From positions 1,696,001 to 1,760,000 of the forward strand of contig CBDIID010000003.1 of NCBI GenBank assembly GCA_965279515.1: a DNA stretch of 64,000 nucleotides, written 5' to 3'. Source of the stretch: Turneriella sp. (GTDB taxonomy: Bacteria; Spirochaetota; Leptospiria; Turneriellales; Turneriellaceae). The notes under the pieces were generated by a model that saw only the letters and a program-made list of their open reading frames with translations, was not told the DNA's origin and did not search any database. Below are positions 58,096 through 64,000 of the stretch, piece by piece; position 1 is the stretch's first letter; every line of letters begins with the position of its first letter. The position numbers and the translations under genes are program-made.

Positions 58096-58953
58096 ATGAA
58101 ATTCAGCGTAGCCACATGGAATTGTTTTGGTATGGGGCAGACCGTACTCGACGTCATCGCGCACCTTGCCCCCTTCCGTAAGCGTTATCTCAATCCGGAA
58201 CTTATCGAAGAGTGCGGCGATGCGAATGTTCTCTGTCTCCAGGAAATTTTATCAGGCGATTCGCAGCGGTTCTTCGATTCCCTGGTGAGAAAATATTTTC
58301 CATTCGCCATACGCGATAACAACAGATTCAAACTGATATCGTTGCGGGGCAGCGGCCTGGGTGTCGGTACCCGCATCAAACAATCGGTGGCAAAATTTCT
58401 TCCGTTTCAAAGCCGCGGCATCAGCTGGGACCGCTATGCACGCAAGGGTGCACTTTACACACAGCTCGAATTTGAAGGCCGAACCATCGACCTCATCACG
58501 GCGCATCTGCAGGCCGGCTATTCCGCCGAGTCGAGCCGGGTGCGCGCACAGCAGCTCAATGAGCTCAAAAACTGGGTAGCAGAGCTCGGCGCACCAGATC
58601 GGCACTTTATCGTCTGCGGTGATTTTAATATCCAGGGGCTCGCCGGGGCACGCGACGCGGGTGAGTACAAAACCCTGACCACGATGCTCGACGGCTTCAC
58701 CGACCTCGGTGCCGAAAGCGATCTCGCCACCTACCATCCGCATCCCGAGGGAAATCCGCTTGCGCATGCTTTTGAGAAAGAGACGACGGCGCAGCGCATC
58801 GACTATATCTTCGTACGCCCTGCTGTGCGGGCCGCAGAGATTGTCTGCTCAGGGTTCAAACGTTTTTTCGACAAACCCGTGGCAAGCCTCGGCCAGGGCA
58901 TCTCGAGCTGGGCCTCGGACCACTACGGCCTGAAGGCCACGTTCGAAATTTAG
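58096..58953 (+). CDS. endonuclease/exonuclease/phosphatase, sphingomyelinase-like
   Basis: TWN, LQE, GSGL, HLQA, GDFN, RIDYIF, SDH. Confidence 0.88.
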   Translation: MKFSVATWNCFGMGQTVLDVIAHLAPFRKRYLNPELIEECGDANVLCLQEILSGDSQRFFDSLVRKYFPFAIRDNNRFKLISLRGSGLGVGTRIKQSVAKFLPFQSRGISWDRYARKGALYTQLEFEGRTIDLITAHLQAGYSAESSRVRAQQLNELKNWVAELGAPDRHFIVCGDFNIQGLAGARDAGEYKTLTTMLDGFTDLGAESDLATYHPHPEGNPLAHAFEKETTAQRIDYIFVRPAVRAAEIVCSGFKRFFDKPVASLGQGISSWASDHYGLKATFEI

Positions 58954-58970
58954 CGGCGATCTACGGGGGA

Positions 58971-59543
58971 ATGACGCAAAAAACGCTGTGGTTCATCGCG
59001 ATCATTCCGCCCGATGACGTTGCGGAAAAAGTTCGCGCCATCCAACAGGAAATTGCCGGGCGCTTTGGCCCCCGCAGCAGTCTTAAGATTCCCGTTCATA
59101 TCACCCTCGAACCTCCCTTCCGTTTGCATGATGCCGAAGAGCCGCAGTTGGATATATTGCTGCGGAATTTTTTTGCAACGAAAGAAGAATTTTCACTCGA
59201 GCTCAGGAACTTCGGCTCTTTCAGGGAGAATGTCGTTTTTATCGAAGTGACGCCATCGCTGCCGCTTTTGGAAATGCACGATCAATTGTCCGAGCTGCTG
59301 CGCGGCCCTGCCGCCATTGTTAAGGCTGCCCCCTGGCATGGCGGATACACACCACACATGACCGTCGCGAACCGCGACGTCACTCCCGAAGCCCATGAAC
59401 GTATCTGGCGGGAATTTAACACGCGCAAATTTTATGCCGCCTTTCCGGTACAGGAGGTGGCGTTGTTGCGTCACCATCCTGAGGAAAAACTGTGGCAGGT
59501 ACACCGGCGTTTTTTACTGCTAAAACCGGCAACTGCTGAATAG
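58971..59543 (+). CDS. 2H phosphoesterase (2'-5' RNA ligase family)
   Basis: HITL and PHMTV motifs. Confidence 0.88.
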   Translation: MTQKTLWFIAIIPPDDVAEKVRAIQQEIAGRFGPRSSLKIPVHITLEPPFRLHDAEEPQLDILLRNFFATKEEFSLELRNFGSFRENVVFIEVTPSLPLLEMHDQLSELLRGPAAIVKAAPWHGGYTPHMTVANRDVTPEAHERIWREFNTRKFYAAFPVQEVALLRHHPEEKLWQVHRRFLLLKPATAE

Positions 59544-59601
59544 CCGCAACAGTAACCGGTAATTTCCGTTGACGCCCGGATTTCAACGGCGACAGAGCGG
59601 C

Positions 59602-59961
59602 ATGGCTCTCAATGTTCTCGGCACAGAGCTGCAATCGTGCAGCACCGAACCTCTCACGGGTTTTTTCCGCGACGGTTGCTGCAATACCAATGCCGAAGAC
59701 ACCGGCATGCACACGGTCTGCGTCGAGGTCACGGATGATTTCCTGGAATTCAGTAAATCTGTAGGCAACGATCTTTCTACCCCCGTGCCTCAATATGAAT
59801 TTTTTGGTCTCAGCGAAGGTGACCGCTGGTGCCTGTGTATGCCCCGCTGGATAGAAGCCTACAATGCGAACAGTGCCCCGCGCGTCGTGCTCGAAGCCAC
59901 ACATGTCTCGGTACTTGAACACATTGATCTTGACCTCTTAAGGCGCTTTGCCGTCGCATAA
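59602..59961 (+). CDS. DUF2237 family protein
   Basis: NVLG..L..C...P.TGF.RDG.C, GNDLSTP, GDRWCLC..RW. Confidence 0.92.
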   Translation: MALNVLGTELQSCSTEPLTGFFRDGCCNTNAEDTGMHTVCVEVTDDFLEFSKSVGNDLSTPVPQYEFFGLSEGDRWCLCMPRWIEAYNANSAPRVVLEATHVSVLEHIDLDLLRRFAVA

Positions 59962-59964
59962 ATT

Positions 59965-60753
59965 ATGAAATGGATTCTTTTTTTCCTAGCCGCGTCGGCT
60001 CTGAGTGCCGACGGCATTAACTATTTAAAACTGGGGAAAACGCACCGCCTGATCGGGCATAAAGTGCGCGTCCGGGCCGAGCCCGACGCCAAGGCAAAGA
60101 TTCTCGCCGAATTCTCTATTGGTTCCGAAGTCACTCCCGTAAAACAGACCGAGATCAAGATGACGCAGGACGGTGTCGAGGCCCCGTGGTATAAAGTGAC
60201 CTTCATGCGCGATGGCCAGAAAAAAGAGGGTTTTATCTGGGGCAACCTGATCGCAAAGGGTTTTGCAGAAGGCAAAGACGGGTTATTATTCCTCTACGGC
60301 ATCGGCCGCGGGGTTAAGTCCGATCCGACGTGGACAAACTATTCGTCGCAGGTGCGCGTCGCCAAAGACGGCACAGAACTCGCGCGACTCGAAATCAAAG
60401 AAGGTGTCGGTTTTATGTCAGGAGAAGAGATCGCGCTGCGCGACGGGACAGGATTCGACGGCGTCGGGAATATCTTCAGTATCCGCTTCATTCAGGAATA
60501 TTGCGGCGGCAAAGGCAATACGATCTTCGTTTTCTGGACCGGCAAAAAACTACTGTTCGTTCACAGCTCGATCGACGGCGCCGACGCTCCCGTTTATGCC
60601 ACAGAGAAACAGACTTTCCCCGGGGAAAAAGCGGGTAAGAAGAATCACCTCTACATTGAGCAGGAATGGGGTGACCATGATGATCCCAAGGCGACGAAAT
60701 TCGAAAAATTCTGGCTGAAGTGGACGGGAGAGAAACTGGAAAAAGTGCCCTGA
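59965..60753 (+). CDS. secreted bacterial SH3 domain protein
   Basis: VR.R.EP, WYKV, GFIWG; Y/ACG motif. Confidence 0.75.
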   Translation: MKWILFFLAASALSADGINYLKLGKTHRLIGHKVRVRAEPDAKAKILAEFSIGSEVTPVKQTEIKMTQDGVEAPWYKVTFMRDGQKKEGFIWGNLIAKGFAEGKDGLLFLYGIGRGVKSDPTWTNYSSQVRVAKDGTELARLEIKEGVGFMSGEEIALRDGTGFDGVGNIFSIRFIQEYCGGKGNTIFVFWTGKKLLFVHSSIDGADAPVYATEKQTFPGEKAGKKNHLYIEQEWGDHDDPKATKFEKFWLKWTGEKLEKVP

Positions 60754-60762
60754 GATTTTCCG

Positions 60763-61698
60763 GTGCAAGATCTCGAAAACCGCCTCAGGCGGATGCAAAA
60801 ACACTGGGCGAAGTGGGCCCGCCGGCGGGGCATCACCTGTTACCGCGTTTACGACCGCGATATCCCTGAGTATCCGTACATTGCCGACATCTATGAAGAT
60901 CATTTGATCCTCACGGAAATGCCGACCGATGCCTTCGAAGCACGTAAGGATATCGAAACTGTGCGGAAAGAAATCCGGCAAATTTTTTCCACGGTATTCG
61001 AAATCCCCCCTGAAAAGCTGCATCAAAAAAAACGCGTGCGCCGCAGCGAGGGCGAGCAACATGAGAAACTTGCAGAAGCGGATGGGTTTGTAGCGCACGA
61101 AGCCGGGCTGCAATTCAAGATCTATCCCGATAACTGGCTCGACACGGGTCTTTTTCTCGACCATCGCAACCTGCGCGCTGAGGTGAGGAAAATCGCAGCG
61201 GGCAAAAAAGTTCTCAACCTGTTCTGTTATACCGGTTCCTTCAGCGTTTATGCGGCAGCAGGGGGAGCGTCACTGGTCCACAGCGTCGATCTTTCGGCGC
61301 GCTACCTCGAAATCGTTTCGGAAAATTTCAAACTCAACGAAGCCATTTTCCCGCCGGGGTTAATCCGCGAAAATTTTCGCAGCGATGCCCGCGAGTTTCT
61401 GAAAACAGCGGATGCTGCGTTCTATGATATCATCATCTGCGATGCGCCGGTATTTTCAAAAAGCCGCAGGCAGGAACGCGACTTCGACGTGTTGCGCGAC
61501 CATCCCGAGCTGGTGAGGGATTGTCTTAAGGTGCTCAGACCCGATGGCGTTCTCTTTTTTTCAACCAACTTCCGTAAGTTCCGCATCCGTTTTCCCGCTG
61601 AGGGAGAAACCGGGCAGGTAAAAGACATCAGCGCGAAGACCATCCCTGAGGATTTCCGAAATAAGTGGATCCATGCCTGCTATGAGATCCGGCCTTGA
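60763..61698 (+). CDS. class I SAM methyltransferase, stand-alone RlmK-like
   Basis: CYRVYDRDIPE, DTGLFLDHR, LNLFCYTG.FS, FSTN.R.F, TIP.DF. Confidence 0.88.
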   Translation: MQDLENRLRRMQKHWAKWARRRGITCYRVYDRDIPEYPYIADIYEDHLILTEMPTDAFEARKDIETVRKEIRQIFSTVFEIPPEKLHQKKRVRRSEGEQHEKLAEADGFVAHEAGLQFKIYPDNWLDTGLFLDHRNLRAEVRKIAAGKKVLNLFCYTGSFSVYAAAGGASLVHSVDLSARYLEIVSENFKLNEAIFPPGLIRENFRSDAREFLKTADAAFYDIIICDAPVFSKSRRQERDFDVLRDHPELVRDCLKVLRPDGVLFFSTNFRKFRIRFPAEGETGQVKDISAKTIPEDFRNKWIHACYEIRP

Positions 61699-61773
61699 TT
61701 GGGCAGATAGTAAAAGCCAAAAAAAAACAGATTTCGGGTAACAGAATTGAAGCGCCCGGTTGTTGCATAACAT

Positions 61774-62853
61774 ATGAAAAACAGAAAAATTGGAATGCTA
61801 TTCCTGGGATTATTTCTGATGAAGAACATATTCGCAGTCGAACTTGCAGAATTCGGGCCAACAGCCGGAGATAAGATCCCGCAAGAAGTACTGAAGGGTA
61901 GGATAGCTGTGCTCAAATTCGCGCCTGCCAGGGCCGAAAGCTTTGATCAATTGTGTGTAGACCTGCGATCAAAACTGATCATCTATCTCAGCCAAAAAGG
62001 ATTTCGCGTCCTTGAGCGGGAAGATATCGGCAGCGTACTCAGGGAAAAAGAACTCGTCCAGAATGGCCTTCTGCAATCCAAAGACCAGGCGCTTCAGAAT
62101 GCGGAACAGGTTGACTATGTTATCTCCGGTAGCGTCGGGCGCCTCGATGGGCAAACGATCGCGGTAACGATAAAAGTCGTCGAAGTCCGCACGCTGCGAA
62201 TGGTGTCTTTAAACGACACTCTTGTTGCAGCCGGAAATCCTCTTGCAAATACACCCGGATTCCATGCACATGACGGCTTCTATTTTGCCTCAAATCTGGG
62301 ATTTGGCTACCAGGGCACCACTGTTTCCGAATTTCAAGGCTTCTCAGAACTCGGTCTGAAAAGTTCCTCTCTGATCCTTGGGATTAAAGCCGGCTGGTCG
62401 CTCAATCCATCATGGGTGTTCGCTCTCGGAATACAAACTCTGTTCCTGGGGGCATTTGGTGCTCCGGCAATAAATTCGGCACCCGACATTATTACCGAGA
62501 CGCCCAATCAAACCAAACAACTATCTGTAACGATGACAGGACCCCACGTCACTTATTACTGGCCTTCCAATTACTTTGCAACTGCTTCGATCGCAACCGC
62601 GGGTATTCTCTACAAAGATCCGGCAAAAGAAATCAACATTGATAATGGCTACGGGCTTACGGCTGGCTTTGGGCGCGAATGGTGGATTTCAAAAAATTGG
62701 GGAATCGGTTTTCTGGTTCAGATGTCATACAGCCGCGTCGAACTGAAGAACATTGACCTGGCCCTGACAACGACACAGGGAACAGTAAGCGATAGAAATT
62801 TCGTGCTCTCGACGTGGTCGCTCACCGTTTCGGTGAGCGCCACCTACAATTAA
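61774..62853 (+). CDS. CsgG/FlgO-like domain fused to an outer membrane beta-barrel
   Basis: IAVL.F...F.VLER..I..VL.E; HDGFY...G.EWW.S.NWG.G...ATYN. Confidence 0.7.
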   Translation: MKNRKIGMLFLGLFLMKNIFAVELAEFGPTAGDKIPQEVLKGRIAVLKFAPARAESFDQLCVDLRSKLIIYLSQKGFRVLEREDIGSVLREKELVQNGLLQSKDQALQNAEQVDYVISGSVGRLDGQTIAVTIKVVEVRTLRMVSLNDTLVAAGNPLANTPGFHAHDGFYFASNLGFGYQGTTVSEFQGFSELGLKSSSLILGIKAGWSLNPSWVFALGIQTLFLGAFGAPAINSAPDIITETPNQTKQLSVTMTGPHVTYYWPSNYFATASIATAGILYKDPAKEINIDNGYGLTAGFGREWWISKNWGIGFLVQMSYSRVELKNIDLALTTTQGTVSDRNFVLSTWSLTVSVSATYN

Positions 62854-62856
62854 GGT

Positions 62857-63363
62857 TTAAGCGCCTTTTGCCGCGGCGAGAGCTTTTTCGTAATTGGGTT
62901 CGTTGACAGTTTCAGCAACCTGCTCCGTATAGACAACCTTGCCTGACGCGTCGGCAACGACTACGCTGCGCGAAAGCAGGCCCTGCATCGGGCCGTCGGC
63001 AAAGGCCACGCCCCAATCTGTGCCGAATTTTTTGTCTTTAAAGTCAGATGCCGTGATGACGTTGGAAATCCCTTCCGCACCGCAGAAACGCTTCTGTGCG
63101 AAGGGTAAATCCGCTGAAACGCAGAGCACAACGGTATCGGCCAGCGAAGCTGCCTGCTCGTTGAACTTACGCACTGAGGTCGCGCAGGTAGCCGTATCGA
63201 TGCTGGGAAAGATATTGAAGATCACCTTTTTGCCTGCGAGATCAGAAGATCTGATATCGGAGAGATCTTGTTTGGTGAGGCGGAAATCGGGTACTTTAGA
63301 ACCAACCGCAGGAAGATTGCCTGCCGTATTCAGGGGATTTCCCTTGAGGGTAACTTGTGCCAT
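62857..63363 (-). CDS. tpx: thiol peroxidase
   Basis: PSIDT.TC, SADLPFAQ.RFC..EG, EP.Y. Confidence 0.96.
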   Translation of the reverse strand: MAQVTLKGNPLNTAGNLPAVGSKVPDFRLTKQDLSDIRSSDLAGKKVIFNIFPSIDTATCATSVRKFNEQAASLADTVVLCVSADLPFAQKRFCGAEGISNVITASDFKDKKFGTDWGVAFADGPMQGLLSRSVVVADASGKVVYTEQVAETVNEPNYEKALAAAKGA

Positions 63364-63408
63364 GGGCGTTTCTTCTGTTCGCGCTCTCTCTGTACACAAC
63401 TATGCCGC

Positions 63409-64000
63409 ATGTGCGGTATAGTCGGGTATATCGGCCCGAAGTCCATCGAATCGGTACTGCTTGTCGGCCTGCAAAAACTCGAATACCGTGGTTATGACTC
63501 TTCAGGCATGGCCGTCCTTAACGGCGGAGAACTCGCTACGCGAAAGGCTGTTGGCAAAATTGCCGAGCTGGAAAAACAACTCAAAAATCAACCCATCTTC
63601 GGCAGTGTCGGCATCGGTCACACGCGCTGGGCAACCCATGGCGAACCTTCGATGGTTAATGCCCACCCACACCTGAACAGCCATAAAAATATCGCCGTGG
63701 TCCATAATGGCATTTTCGAAAATTACGCGAAGCTGCGTGCCGAACTCGTTGATGATGGCCATGTCTTTCTGAGTGAAACGGATACTGAAGTCGCTCCACA
63801 CCTCATGGATAAATATATCCAGGAGGGTTTCTCGGCGGAGGAAGCGTTTGTCCGTATGCTGAAACGGGTGGAAGGACAGTACGCCATCGCCGCAATCTGT
63901 GAAAAATCCGAACGTAAAATCTTTTTCGCCCGAAAGGGTTCGCCACTGATTGTGGCTCGCGGGAATAATGAATATCTGATCGCATCCGACATCCCCGCTG
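63409..64000 (+). CDS. glmS: glutamine--fructose-6-phosphate aminotransferase, 5' part
   Basis: Read manually: MCGIVGY...LEYRGYDS.G...GIGHTRWATHG...NAHPH...HNG..EN...SETDTEV; runs off window end. Confidence 0.97.
   Translation, partial: MCGIVGYIGPKSIESVLLVGLQKLEYRGYDSSGMAVLNGGELATRKAVGKIAELEKQLKNQPIFGSVGIGHTRWATHGEPSMVNAHPHLNSHKNIAVVHNGIFENYAKLRAELVDDGHVFLSETDTEVAPHLMDKYIQEGFSAEEAFVRMLKRVEGQYAIAAICEKSERKIFFARKGSPLIVARGNNEYLIASDIPA

Noticed and set aside
63364..63408. glmS ribozyme
   Set aside because: Only 45 bp between the divergent tpx and glmS starts, too short

Overview
Gene-dense chromosomal region of a moderately GC-rich Leptospiraceae spirochaete. The fcpA gene and a Leptospira-type ZapB support the family; Turneriella-like is my inference. 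It holds about 67 CDS: housekeeping genes (tpiA, phosphoglucomutase, uvrB, trpEG, pdxH, coaB, add, tpx, glmS), a TolC-MacA-MacB efflux operon, signalling proteins (HAMP-PP2C, PAS-GGDEF-EAL, class III cyclase), many lipid-active hydrolases and many exported hypothetical proteins. I found no rRNA, tRNA, CRISPR array, transposase or integrase. Best leads: (1) a PI-PLC/C-type-lectin enzyme paired with an atypical lipase foldase; (2) a coupled PP2C / TPR-proline-rich / outer-membrane-protein operon sharing a small Sm-like domain; (3) sigma-28 promoters at fcpA and, unexpectedly, an orphan ATP-grasp gene; (4) a family of A(N)GGAN-loop palindromes, two of which bracket an AT-richer P-type ATPase island next to a hidden tautomerase pseudogene; (5) a probable knotted 11-aa-repeat protein; (6) widespread leaderless-type promoter geometry. 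All family assignments are by-eye motif recognition, not database searches.
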